Under the pieces are notes generated by a model that was not told where the DNA came from, did no database searches, and saw only the letters and a program-made list of their open reading frames with translations. Positions 40,105 through 53,449 of a DNA stretch of 64,000 bases are shown piece by piece; the stretch's first letter is position 1, and each line of letters starts with the position of its first letter. This DNA comes from Lama guanicoe (Eukaryota). The position numbers were made by a program, and so were the translations under genes. The stretch is from contig MU054323.1 of the NCBI GenBank assembly GCA_013239625.1, forward strand, positions 16,248,029 through 16,312,028, written 5' to 3'.

Positions 40105-40600
40105 CACTATCTGCGCTGATAATTTATCTATTGACTCTGAGCCCCAAACCCACAATTCTATAGCCTGCCCTGTGATGCTGAGGTTAGAGTTCTGCCAAAC
40201 ACATATCTAGACTCTTTTGCCAGCTGATATCCTATTAGGTCCTGTTAATTTTAATCACTAGACTGGGAGTGAAGGGAATAAAGCCTTCCTTCTTATATTT
40301 ATTTAGTGTTGCCAATTTGCCTTGACTTTGGAAGTTTACTCTTGTCTTTGACTCCTTTTAGCTTTGTCAGAACCAGCTATAGCTTACCTGCTCAGAGATA
40401 TTGTTGGTCGCCAGATGTTGTCTTTCTCAGCCTTGCCTTGCCTGCCTGCCTACCTTCTTTCCTTCTTTCCTTCCCTCCCTCCCTCCCTCCTTCTTTCAAT
40501 AAATAGAATGTTTCTAATAGGAATAGTTCTATTAAACATACTACAAATGATGGAATTCTTGGCTTGGTTTCATTATGAACTTGGTCTTGAATTTAGCACT
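40105..40600 (+). mobile_element. LTR33-like ERVL LTR
   Basis: cccacaattctatagcctgccctgtgatgctgaggttagagttctgccaaacacat...ttttgccagctg...ctattagg. Contains a (CCTT/CCCT)n tract at ~40435-40497. Confidence 0.55.
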
Positions 40601-40662
40601 AAGCTCCTTTCCAGAACAAAACAAAACAAAGCAAACAAACAACCCCCCTCCCCCCCCGAATA

Positions 40663-40903
40663 TAGTTGGCCCTTGAACTACAAGGGTTTGAACTGCATGG
40701 GTTCACTTATATGTAGATTTTTTTCAATAGTAAGTACTACAGTACTATACCATCCCTATCCCTAGTTGGTTGACTCTGCAGATGTGGTATTGCAGATATA
40801 GAGGAACTTTGGATGTAGAGGGCTGATTACAAGTTATATTCGGATTTTCCATTGTTGGGGAGGGTCAGCGCCCCTAACCCCTGCATTGTTCAAAGGCCAA
40901 TTG
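40663..40903. mobile_element. Tigger2a-type (Tc1/mariner) MITE
   Basis: TIRs tagttggcccttgaacta / tgttcaaaggccaattg, with TA TSDs at 40661-40662 and 40904-40905. Confidence 0.9.
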
Positions 40904-40914
40904 TACTCTTAAGT

Positions 40915-41922
40915 CTATGGCTTGCAGTGGCATAATCATTAAATTATCAACTATGGTCACTTGGAATAAACTTCCTATTAAATTAAGTTCCCTGGGGGAC
41001 AAAGGGACTACTGCATTTGACTGCTGTGTAGTAATAATGAGGACAAGGACTGGGGCATGATGGCTTTTTCAGTCTGCACTAAAGGAATAACAAAAAGAAA
41101 AAGGAAAGCTTGGTGCTTTAAATTATCTGCCTAAGTCTCAGAGAGACAGAGAATTTCTACAGTTGCCTTATATAAGACTATTACATTTCTCATAGTTGTG
41201 GAACAAGTATTATTGAAAACCAAAGCCCAAATTTAATTATGTGGATTGGCAGAATTACAATGTAAATTCAAATCACAGACTTGCCAGATTTCTTATGTGA
41301 AATTTAGGGACTTGATTGGGAAGGAGTGGGACCCTGAGATTTGGAATGAGGACATTCTGAGTGGACTCAGAAAAAGTTGAAATTTTTGAACCTCTCTCAA
41401 GTGTCTCGGAACCTTCTTTGCTGGCAAAATGAGTTCCTCCTTCTCAGTCTGAGATGGTCTCTCCCTTCCTTGACAACTCTAATCTCACTTGACCCTGTTG
41501 TCTTGTGAGAGTCTTTTATTTATCCCAGATGCATCAAGACCTATGTTTCATTGCCTCTAGACATATAGCTAGAGTCAGATCCCACCATGTACAGGAATAC
41601 AAGTGTAAATCTGACTTGTGAAGAAGCAGCATATATTCCAAGAGAATTGCATGATTTAGTTAATTTATATCAGCTGAAACCTGGGGATTATGGAGTATGT
41701 GTGGGAATAAATTCTAAGTGTGTTGAACCAAGGGGAACAGAATATAATGGGAGGTCAGGCTGAATTTACTGATATGGGTGCATTTATCAGAGCTTCTGGA
41801 TTTAGTGTGTTAGCTTAACTAGCTTTAGGTGGTTCTGACAGTGTGCTTGATTGGTTTTCTGAAATTTGGACTAAATAGTGACCTACATTCAGGGACGTCA
41901 GAACTTCTGTGACATAATGTTG
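40915..41922 (+). mobile_element. ERVL internal region, decayed gag
   Basis: ttgattgggaaggagtgggaccctgagatttggaatgaggacatt translates to LIGKEWDPEIWNEDI. Also EYVWE*ILSVLNQGEQNI and QAEFTDMGAF. These match recalled ERVL gag motifs. Multiple stops. Confidence 0.75.
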
Positions 41923-41924
41923 AT

Positions 41925-42112
41925 CAGGGTTAACAAATTATGGTTCATGGGTCAAATCTGAGAGCTCATGATGGTTTTTAACACTGTACTGTTATAAAAA
42001 GAAGGAGGAAGAGAAGAGGAGGAGGAGGAGGAGGAGGAAGACCATACACAGCCTGCAAAGCCTAAAATATATGCCATCTGGGCTTTTGTATAAAAAGTTG
42101 AAGATCTCTGAT
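41925..42112. mobile_element. MER58-like hAT-Charlie MITE with internal (GAG)n
   Basis: cagggttaacaaattatggttcatgggtcaaatctg...gcctgcaaagcctaaaatatatgccatctgggctttt...aagttgaagatctctg. Confidence 0.7.
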
Positions 42113-45100
42113 ATAGAGAAAGGAAGGAAAGGTTTAAGGTGATAGGAGTAATGAAATAGTTTTATTATGTCCAAACTCTCATTTTCTTCATGGCATCCAG
42201 ACGTGTTTACAGTTGTGGCATGTGTGGACTCAGGCTGAACATAACTGGGAAGAGGTTGATTTCTCTTACTCCTCAATGTTTCCACTGAAGGGAGAATAAT
42301 TATTTACAAGGACCCCTCCTTGCCTGTACCCCTGTTCTCTGGTACCCCCTGGAAGATGGGGCACTCGGGATATTAAAAACCAGTGAGCCACTGGATAAGG
42401 ACTGGTTATGTGATGGGTCTTTTCATTTTTTCGTAGGTGTGGCTTTCTGAAGGGCTAAAGGAAGAGAAGGCACAGTATTTCTGGGACCCATGCTTTAAAA
42501 CACCTTATTCAGGCTGAGGTAAAGTTTCCTAAGATAAAGTCATTGTGCATGGCTCCACACCTCCTTAATCTGTACTGGGGTTGACAAAGTGATTGCTGAT
42601 TCAGTGATTTGTTTCCATAGTTACCACAAATTCTTTATGGGAGAAATTCTGTTCCTTTTTCCAGCTTACCTTTTCCAGCTCACACACTTTTTAAAAAGCA
42701 ATGTTTGTAGTTCCTGCCACTCCAGTGTCAATGAGAGAATTTATTTTATAATGTGTACAAACTGGCAGCTTCTTGGAAAAAAAAGCATTGTTGTCAGAAT
42801 GAAGTCATCTGTTTGAAGAGCAGAGCCTCAAGTATCATTCAAGGGGCGGGAACCCAGTGCCCTCTGCATCCTGAGCCCTTTGGCACACAGAGCCATTGTC
42901 AAAACCTGTTTCCAGAGCAACTGAATTCTCTCCTGAAATTACTTGGCAGCTCCTCTCCCTGTGGGTCTGGAGTAAGTCCTTTCAAGGGCCTTATTTTAAG
43001 GCAGCTTGTCCCTGATGGAAACCGAGATCACTGCCAGCTAAAGAATTTAGCAATACCCTAAAGTGGGCTCACCTAATAAATTTTTATAGTCTAGAGGCCA
43101 AGGTGTGTTTGCTGAGGGGGTTGGGCTCTATTTGATGTCCTCATCAATCCTGAAACATATAGATGGTCACAACAACATCTGGCCTTGGGTTATTGTCAGA
43201 ATAATATACTATAATATATTGCTAAGAAGACAAAATTTGAGGGTATTCCTCCTATGCATCTTTCCAAATTGAATATGGAGTAGATAGGGAAAAACTCTGT
43301 TTTCTGACTGTGACACAGAGGAGTCTGGGGAAAGAGAGTACTAGACCCTCTTTTGACTTTTGAAGTCTTTACTTTTTAAAAAGTCTTTAAAAAACACAGT
43401 AAAAGCTTAATTTAAAAACGGATGTCCAGGCTGAACTGCCCAGTCAAAACTAACATAGGTGGAATTTAATTTAAGCGTAAAAATCCCGTGATTAGGGTTA
43501 AAAATCAGTTTCTTAAATAACTACCAGGTGGGGAAACTCTCTATTTTACAGTCACGGGGAATCTTTTACTATTAAGGGAAATGGACTTATACCACTTCTT
43601 CTAGTAACCCCCCAGAAAAGCTTCTCTTGGGCCATGTGCAAACAAAGAATAATTTAAAACTCATTTTAAAAAAAAGATTAAACAGAATCCTTCATTGTTG
43701 AATGGTATCCATTAATTAAGAGCAAAAGAGTAAGAGCATTTTAACCTACAGCTGAACTAACAAAACCTGATATTTAGGCTATTAAAACCTAAAATCCAGG
43801 TCAATCATTGAAAATAAAATTGGACACATACAGAAAGTAAAAACATAACTGAGAAAATGCAAGTGGCTACATAGAGAAAAGAAGGCATTGGGTCCCCTGG
43901 ATTATCTTTCTTGAGTTAAGTATGTTGAATAAACATAGGTCTCTTGATTAAACCCAGGATGGTTTCGGCATTTGTGGGGATGAAAGAAGGAATTGGGTCC
44001 ATTAGGTCACATGAGGATGGCTGCAGCCAATCAAAAGACCTATCAGAAAGGCTGTACATGGCTAGAACAGGCCTTTCATATGCCATGGAGCCACCCAGTT
44101 TCACAGCACCTTCACCTTCGTTCTCTCTCTTGCTCCTCCTTTCTTGCAGATGTGGCCATTGATGGACTGAGAAGAAAATGCTTCAAGTTCCCAGAGCCAG
44201 TTAGCAGCAGCTTTTTCATATTAATTACCTCCCCTAGAAGCCTGCATCCTTCAAAAGGATGTTGTATCTGGGAAATTTCTACCTCATTTCTACCTTGAAT
44301 TAAAGTTGATTGAGGGTATTGGTTAAGTGTCTCCCTATCTGGCCTCTCCTCTTCGCCGTGGTAGTCTGTGAGCTGCTTTCTAAGTCATCCTGATTCCTCC
44401 TTCCTTTCAGTGGGATCTCCAGATAGACTGGGAGTTGGCAGCATCCGCTGGTGCTTCGGGGTTGCTGACACTTTGTTGTCCCTTCTTGAGTCAACAGAGC
44501 CTGGGATACTCCTTCCAGGAAGCAAGGGGACCCACAGAAGCTGTGACTCCTAAACTCAGATGCAAGTGCAGAAATTCAGATGGTACTGAATTGGGAGAGC
44601 TCCTGCCTTTTTAACTTCCCCTTCCTTATATTTTTTTTTCTCATATTTGGCCCCCTTCCCCCATCATTGCTCACATTTCTGGGTAATTCAGAATATTCTC
44701 TGCCTTCATATACCTGGCCACATTGGCTCACTAATGAACACTTGTACTCTGGCTTTTTAGATGGGTTTGGTGTTCTCAGCCACATAACCTCATCACTCAC
44801 GGGTCTTGATATGCATTCCCATGATGTCATCTCTGGCCCCTGTGGGGGCAAATCTCGACTTGTGAAACCAGTCTGTCTGGGTCAGAGACTCATTTACTTA
44901 ATTACTGGCTTCAGCACCTCTCTTTGCTCCCACCTCTGCCCACTTTGGCTATATGTCGTTCCATATCGCTGTGCTTCAGGAACTTAATTGCAAGACTGAA
45001 ATTGCATGGATTCAGTTTACTCAACCATTAGAATCCTAAAAAGTATTTACTGAGTGCCTAATTGTGCATGGTGATATATAGAAAGGGCTGACAATGATGT

Positions 45101-48100
45101 CAAAATAAAAATAATCCCTTACATTTTACGACAGTTAATTCTATCATATTCATTTTCTCCTTTAATATATCACTCCAGCTATTTATGTCTTACACATTTG
45201 TCTCTCAGGAGATGTGTGATACTTTTGGCAGACCCAGGACACTGCGTGCAGGAAGGACCCGTAAGTCTCAATGGCAAAGGAACTGTGCAAAGGACCTCAA
45301 AAACCAATTGAAAGCCTTTTTGACAGTTCCCTGCCTTTGATTTTTTTTTAAACACTCGGGTACTATTTAATTTTAAAAATAATAATCTTGATATTTGTGC
45401 TTGAAATGTCATCATATATTGCTTGAAGGATGACTCAATGTCTCTCTAAAATCGATGAATTCAAATATTTCTTTGTTTTTTCTCTGCCTCTGATTTTGAG
45501 TTAAAACACCATTGTAGGGCAATGGCGATTGTGGGGAAGGGAAAATAGACATCTATCAAGTTTGGGACCATGGGAAGGTGACTTGGAGGAAGGAGAACAA
45601 ATGTGGCATTGTTTAACATTCCAGGGTTGGTCCTATGTCAAATAGCTAAATAGTCAAATAGTTAGATTCTTACTACACTCAAAAAGGATTTCATTTGGTA
45701 GTGAAACTCTTTAGCGAGATGTTAATAGGTGTGGCCCACAAAAACATCCATGTCAAAGAAATTAGGAAATGAGCATATTCAAAGCCCTGCAAGAAAGGAA
45801 CTATTTAAAACATTTGCCCCAGAGTTTCACAAAAGTATTGGATCATGGAGCCAGTTTTTGTGTGTGTAGGGGAGGAACACCTGTGAGCATCTGTGTACCT
45901 CTAGGAGGGTCCTCTAGGGTCCTCTCAAACTCATTTTGAGAGGTGCTGAATTTGACTAAGTTTTGTAATAGAGGGAGATGTAACAATGAAAGAAACAAAC
46001 AGTCTTAGTGATAAGGGGGAAAGAGAACAGTGCCTGTTAAGAGAGGCAGCAGTACTGGAGTAGAGGTGGCGGTTGCGGTCCTTGGGGAGGGACTTACGGA
46101 TGGGAAGTCTCTAATCCTGGTTGTCTCACTAGGAGTGTTCTTTTGGGAAGGATTGGTTTTTTTTCTCCTATCAAAGCACACCTTCAATCCAGGGAGAAAG
46201 AAGATTCTAAGGTTGGGTCCTGGTAGAGTTTGAATAGAGGACCACTGGATTTAAACCTGCACGCTTGATTTCTCTACTGCGCATGTCACCAGGAAGCAGG
46301 TACTTGTTAGAAATTACATTGTTGACCCTTCACCTACTTTTAGGATTCCTTTTCCTGTTTTTGCATAGTTTTCCAAGGAGAAGGTCTGGGATCAGGCTGT
46401 TGCCAACCTATCAGATGATATGCACCCAAAGCTGCTATTTCTGGAAACTCTTGACCACATGAAAATACCTAAAACATTTTTTTCCTTGTCAAAATATTAG
46501 ACCTGTTCTTGGTGAAATTTTAATCATAAATTGATTTTGCTTGGAAAGGCCCCAGTATTTGGTCTTTTTTTTAGGACGGACTTTGAGGTTAAGTTCCAGG
46601 GTTTTAGCACATGTTCTTCAACAAATAACCTGATGTGTTTGAATGGTGCGCCTAAATTTCTGAAACAGCACGCTAAAGGATGTTATTTTTTGGTGTGGCT
46701 GGGAATAAAAATACTGTGTTAAACTTTTGACCCCATACAACCCTGTGCCTAACTAGAGGGGAAGATGGGGAGATAGAATGCTGTTTTGTTTTGTTTTTTT
46801 CAGAAAGGCATGGGACTAAGTGAAGTTTTCTCCCAGCATAGTTTTGCTTTATTTAAAGAAGTTTATTAGACAAGATTAGTCTTCAGGCAATAAGAGAGAT
46901 TCTTTGAGAACTAAATATTTACACTTTGAACTAGCTGTAGAAATATTTACTGATTTTGGTGATTTTAGCTTAGATGCTATTACTCATTGTATTCTATTCA
47001 TGCTTTTGAGGCAATAAATGACGTATAATTAACTAAAGTGATAGAAGATATTTTTAAACATTGGGACAATTTTTCTGTTGAGAAAGGAATGATTTAAAAG
47101 AATCTGGAGCTGGTTTTAAACTTTAGAATGATTTTTTGAGGTAAGAAGGATGGACACACACACAAATGCTTTTGCTGAATTATCTCTGGGATTCCTTCTG
47201 TAAAGGTTAGGACTTCCAGGAAGGGGGCCGAAACATTTCATAGTTAAGGTCTATTTTGATTAGCTTTGATTTGAATTCATTGCTTTTAATTTGCTACTTT
47301 TCTGCTATTATTTTTACATGGGTAAATGAAGGGTATTCTGGCTGTCAAAGTTTTGACATTTTTATTAGATTAATTTGAAAATAGCTTATTCATGTCAATT
47401 CCATATCCTCTGGAGCTTCAGACGAAAGTTGTCTGTCTGTAATATCCCGGTCATGCAACACTACGAGAATGACTTACATTTATCCTTAAAAATGAAGTTT
47501 CATTTGGTACATATTTGGCTGACATGTTGCAGTTCTAAAAACTTATACAGACAAGCATTATGAAAAGATTATTCCACCAATTTAAAAGTGATAATATAAC
47601 ATCTGTGAACTCAGTGTACATTTCAAGAAAAATGCTGCTGGCTTTGTCCTCATGCTCAAGCCATCCATTCAGCAATTGTCCTCCTGAGCTGTCACTATTG
47701 TTTCTTCATCTGTTTAGTTTCTCTTTCATATTTCGTAATGATTGCATATGAATGAAATCAGAATTTCATGTAGTATATAGGTTTTAGTGAAAAAAATACA
47801 GTAAAATTCTTCCACTCTCTCTCTTTTTAAGGATCAATTAATTTTGTTGTAGTCCTTCAAAACCAGAATTCCCCAAACTTTAGTACAAATGACGACTATT
47901 CATAAAAAAAGCAAGCTGATCTCTCAGAGTCTTCCAGATTCATCCTGAGGATGGGCCTACTTGGGACAATTTTGTGAACTGTCTCAGACTGGGTTATTTC
48001 CTGGTGTGATTTTCTGATTCAGCAGTAATTTGGTGAGATTTCAGGGTCTGTGGGACACTGCTATTCCCTCTGTTATTAAAATAACAACAAAATAGGTTAT

Positions 48101-49015
48101 TCTGTGGATAATTGGAAAAATTCCTAATTAGCTTTTGTGGTGACCAGATGCTAAACAGAATCATAGTTCTGGCCCCTCTTTTTGTTGAAAAAATTGATGA
48201 ATGGATAGCAGCCCATCAAAAGCTTTCCTCTGTCTGAGCCTAGCTGTGGAAACTTAATTAATGGATCCACGGATTATAAATTTGCAAAGAACCAGTACTG
48301 TTATTCTGTCACACAAAATAACACTGTCTCAGATATTTTTACTATTCCTACTGCCCTCACCTTAATCCAGCTGCTCATCACCTTAAACCAAAGCCACAAT
48401 CACAACCTCCTAGCTAGACTCCTGCTTCCAGTCTCTTGTATCCCCTAGTTCTAAAATATCATGTCCACTCTTGTCATTAATCCCTTCACGAGGACCTGCA
48501 GTGGCTCCCACCGTTGACCTCATCAAAGTGAAACACCTTATTCTGTGCAGCAATATGAGTATACCTGCTTCTGCTTTGGGTCAACTTAGTATGACCCTGG
48601 GCTTTTATTTATGATCTTTCATCATTTTTTTCCCCTTTGGTCAAATTTTTATCCATGAAGCAATATGGCAATATGTACTGGGCCTCAGATTTTTTCTACT
48701 CTTGAGGAAGTAGTTATTCATATAGAAAAACATTTAACTTACAAAGACAGGCATTACAGTTACTTATATAATTAAAAGTTACAACCTAAATGATTAGCAA
48801 AGGAGAATTAAGTGTGGCACATTTATAAAACAGACAATATAAGTGACTTTATTTGTTAATGTAACAACAAATTTAATGGATGAATTGCACTTTTTGTACA
48901 GGTCAGAACACGATGTATTCTAATTTGAATTTTGAAAGAAATCTTTAATTATCACTACAGCTCTGGGTCAAATGCAGTGTTGGATAGCAGGAAAATGGTT
49001 GATTAAAAGTATTTT

Positions 49016-49842
49016 AATGGCCATCATTAAAAAGTTCACAAACAATAAACACTGGAGAGGATGTAGAGGAAAGGGAACCCTCCTACACTGTTGGTGGGAA
49101 TGTAAATTGGTACAGCCACTCTGGAATACAGTATAGAGATTCCTTAAAAAAACTAAAAATAGAGTTACCATATGATCCAGAAATACCACTCCTGGATATT
49201 TATCTGGAAAAGACAAAAACTCTAATTTGAAAAGATACATGTACCCTGATGTTCACACCAGTACTATTTACAATAGACAAAACATGGAAGCAACCTAAGT
49301 GTCCATCAACAGATGAATGGATAAAGAAGATGTGGCATATATGTACACTGGAATACTACTCAGCCATAAAAAAGAATGAAATAATGCCATTTGCAGCAAC
49401 ATGGATGGACCTAGAGATTATCATACTAAGTGAAGTAAATCAGGCAGAGAAAGGTAAGTATCATATGATATCACTTGTATGTGGAATCCAAAAAAAAATG
49501 ATACAAATGAACTTATTTACAAAACAGAAAAGGACTCACAGACATAGAAAACAAACTTATGGTTACTAAAGGGGGACATGGAGGGGGAGAGGGATAAATT
49601 AGGAGTTTGGGATCTGCAGATACACCCTACTATATATAAAATAGTTAAACAGCAAGGTCCTACTTTACAGCACAGGGAACTATATTCAATATCTTGTAAT
49701 ATCCTACAATGAAAAAGAATATGAAAAAGAATATATATACATACATATGTATAACTAAATCGCTATGCTGTACACCAGAAACTAACACACATTATAAATC
49801 AACTATAATTCAATTTAAAAAATTAAAAATAAAATAAAATAA
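49016..49842 (+). mobile_element. young 5'-truncated L1 (ORF2 C-terminus, 3'UTR, A-rich tail)
   Basis: MAIIKK...[13 protein letters not shown] followed by an in-frame stop. Also TWKQPKCPSTDEWIKKMW, cetartiodactyl-type 3'UTR and an (aaaat)n tail. Confidence 0.95.
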
Positions 49843-52800
49843 ATTATCTTATCTTGAAATATGTTTTTTAAATATTATTTTAAAGGAACTTAGGAAAAGC
49901 CTGCAATTTGACAGGGGAGGTAGAGCACTTGTCACAAATTCATGTGAGGCTCCATAAAAGGTGAAGTCAAGGTTCTCCGATAAAAATTGTGACCTTGGAG
50001 ATTCATAATCTTCATAAAAATGACACTGAGTCCTAAAATAGTGTTCTAGATCATTGAGAGGGTCTTGATCATGAACTGCAGGGTGCCCAGAGCATTGCCT
50101 GATAGTAAAAGGAGGAGAAATGGAGAAATGTACTCTCTGTTGGAAAAAGACTGTCATTGCTGGAGGAAGATTAGGGTCCTTATGCACATCTTCCATGCTA
50201 AGGCAACTCTAGATAAAGATTTTGCATAAACATAACCAACAAACCAGAAACAAACAAAAATTACAGTGTAATAGTTATTCTCTCTCCCTCTCCCTTTTTT
50301 GGGGAAAGCCACTGGCACAAGCCATTCTCTTCCATGATTATATACCAGAGATTCTCTGGCATTTAACAGGAAAAGAGAAAGCTTCAGAAGATCCAGGTAA
50401 AGTTTTGGTGGAAAAGACGAACAAAGGCTTTAATCTCAGCCCCTGGGAGGTGTCTCGCCTCTATAAGTAGAAGCAGATTTGATATTCATTCCTTTAATTA
50501 AAACCATCTGATGCACAAAAACCCCTTCTCAGTTGCCCTAAATCACTTATTTTCCATCTTCAGTTTATCTTCCAATAAAGCATGTTATCGTTTGTTCTGA
50601 AGACTGATAACTCAAGAGTAGTGAATAATGGAAAAATGACAAAACTTGCTATACATAATCAGCTGGCAAAGGAAGGAGAAATAACAGCTGCTTGACTGTT
50701 GAAAATATATTTTTAAACTGAACTTGTAAGTCAGTATGAATGCCAAGTCACAGATTTTCTTCAACAATCTCAAGATAGCTTAAAGCCATACAGATAAGAG
50801 TTTCTTGGTGGCTATTTTCTACCCCTTTGGAAGGATATTGAGCAGGGGGAAGGGATGTTTTTAGAGATACAGTGGCTCAAGATCCCAGGCCCTCAAATGT
50901 AAATGTCAACTGGAACCAGACAGTGATGTTGTTACAGACTCATTTTTGTCGGCTGTACAGAGTCAACCTCCATGAATTCAGGTACACACAAATTTATAGG
51001 GAAAAAAAAACAATGTTGCCCCAAGAGGTTGATTGGCAGTCAAATTTTGGTAAATTGAAATAAATATAAAATAAATACTCAGTGTAATAATGAAACTTGA
51101 TCTTTACAGGACTCTGGATAATCATTTTGCAAGATAAGGAATTTTTTGAGGAACATGTTTGTTCAGGTGACTCAAGATGGAATCCTAGCTCTTCCCCTTT
51201 CTGGCTCTGTGACAGTTGGTAATGGATTTAACCTTGAGAAGTCTACTTCTCACCTATAAAATGGACACCATACAATCTTATTGGGAGGGTCTATCAAAAT
51301 GAGAGCATGGATATATAAATGATTTGTTAATTTTATTTATTAATTTTTAAAAATTATGAAATTGAAAAATACAGAGAATAATCTAACAGATACTCATGTA
51401 CCAACCACTAGATTTAAAAACTAGTAACTTTTGCCTTCTTTTCTTTTTTTTTAGAAATATAATATTAGCAATGCAGCTGATTGCTCCTTATCCCATCTGT
51501 TAACCTTTCTTCCCAGAGTTAACCACTATCTTGAAATTGGTGTGTATCTTTCTCAACTTATTTTTATATTTATTATACATGCATATATCCCTAAACAATA
51601 TATAGTATTGTTTTGCAAATTTTATATATTTACATAAATGAAATAGTTTAAAATACTTTTGCAGTTGCCTTTCATGCAGCATTAATTTTGAGATTTAGCC
51701 ATATTGATGTACTAACAAGTAGTCTATTCGTTTAAGTTATTATCTGGTGTCCTATTATATGAAATTATTTTTTCCTCAGTAACTGAGCTTGCTTCTAATT
51801 TTTTGTACATCTCTTCTTGGGCATATGTGGGATGGTTCTCTGGGTTTTGCATCTAGATGTAAAATTCTGTAATGATGTGCCTCTAGCTTTGCTAGATATT
51901 GCCAAATTACTCATCAAAGTATTTGTGCCTGCCACATAGGAGAGTTCCAGTTTCTCCATTTTCTTCTCAACAATTAGTATCAATTTATCCTCCTCAACAA
52001 TTAGACATCTTCTTGTTCTGAAGTGGTATCTCACATCAACTTGCACTTCCTTGATAGCAACTGAGGCCGAGAAATTTTAGGTGTTTCAGTGTTCTCTTCT
52101 ATGAATTTTCTGTTCACATTCTTTGCCTATTTTATTACTGTATTCTTTGTATTTTCTTACTGATTTGCAAGAATTATACTTATTTTTAAATTTATGTGTG
52201 ACAAATAGCTTCTCCCAAGTATGCGGTTTGTGTTTTAACTTAGTTCATATCTTAGACCATGAAAATTTTAATTTTCAATATAATCAAATTCAATAGAGTC
52301 AGAAATCAAAATCAACCTTTTCCTTTATGATTTGTGCCTGTGGCATTTGCCCTAAGAAATAATTAATTTCCCTATGTTCACAAATATATTCTCTCCTCAT
52401 TTTTTAATTTCAAAGTTCCAATATTCACACTTGAATCTGCCTATGAAGAAGGGTTGGAATAAGTTGTACTTGGTTTTTTTTTTGCATGTAGACAGCCTTA
52501 GTTGTAGCTACTTGAATTGTATTATTGATCCTTTTACCCTGACTTGTAAGGATCTCATATACATGTGTCCCCTACACCCAGCTGAGCTTTCTCTTCTGTA
52601 ATTGGTCTCTTTTCTTTGACTTGAGACAAATACCGTGTTTTCTTAAAGTTAATATAACTTTGTTTTTATACTTGCACATCTCCTTAGTCATCAAATAGTC
52701 GTGACTATTCTTGGCCCTTTTCTTCTCCATATGACTCTCAGCCTGTAAAACTCTGCAAAAGCAACCTGTGGCAATTTGATAGGAATTGCATTAAAATTTG

Positions 52801-53188
52801 CAGATCAACATGAGAAGAAAGACTATCTTAATGATATTGAGTCCCTCATCCATTACCATTATATATTTCTCCATATATTTAGTTTTTTTTGTTATTCAAT
52901 AATATGTTGAAAATTTCTCCAAAAATGTTGTGTCTTTACATACATTCTCTGTTACTTAATGTTTTTGTTGCTTCTGTAAATAGATCCTTTTTTAAAATTA
53001 AAATTTTCTCATTGGTTGTTGCTTGTAAATAAGATTATTACTAACATTTATGTGTTAACTTTTTATCAGGCAACTTTGCAGAACTCGCTTAAGTTCCAAT
53101 TATCTGTGTATTTTCTTGTGTTTCTCTGTGTAATTAAATAGTCAGCAAATAATAATTATATATTTTTCTTTCTAATCATTAATTTCTT

Positions 53189-53449
53189 TCTTTTTTCTAT
53201 ATAATCTTTATTTTTTTAAAAAATTGAAGTATAGTTGATTTACAATGTTGTGCTAGTTTCAGGTGTACAGGAGTGATTCAGTTATACATATATATGTATA
53301 TCTTTTCTTTTTCATACTCTTTTCCATTATAAGTTATTACAAGATATTGAATATAGTTCCCTGTGCTACATAGTAGGTCCTTGTTGTTTATCTATCTTAC
53401 ATATAGTAGTGTGTATCTGTTAATCCCAAACTCCTAATTTATTCCTCCC
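53189..53449 (-). mobile_element. young L1 3' end fragment with 12-bp TSD
   Basis: aattgaagtatagttgatttacaatg...gttccctgtgct...cccaaactcctaatttattcc. TSD cattaatttctt at 53177-53188 and 53450-53461. Confidence 0.9.

Noticed and set aside
41992..42285. 97-aa minus ORF with a hydrophobic Leu-rich tail
   Set aside because: The tail is the antisense of a (GAG)n microsatellite inside a MER58-like element.
46278..46296. NRF1-like TGCGCATG plus ETS-like CAGGAAG as a promoter
   Set aside because: Partial motif only, with no CpG island or other promoter features nearby.
48968..49569. ORFs 48968..49240 (-) and 49249..49569 (+), and likewise 54824..55223, 57552..57758, 1247..1435, 1885..2082, 13082..13339 and 34231..34527
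   Set aside because: Sense or antisense translations of decayed L1 ORF2 with stops and frameshifts, not host genes.
50370..50396. 27-nt AG/GT-bounded microexon (GKEKASEDP)
   Set aside because: Poor polypyrimidine tract and no identifiable host gene, so compatible with chance.
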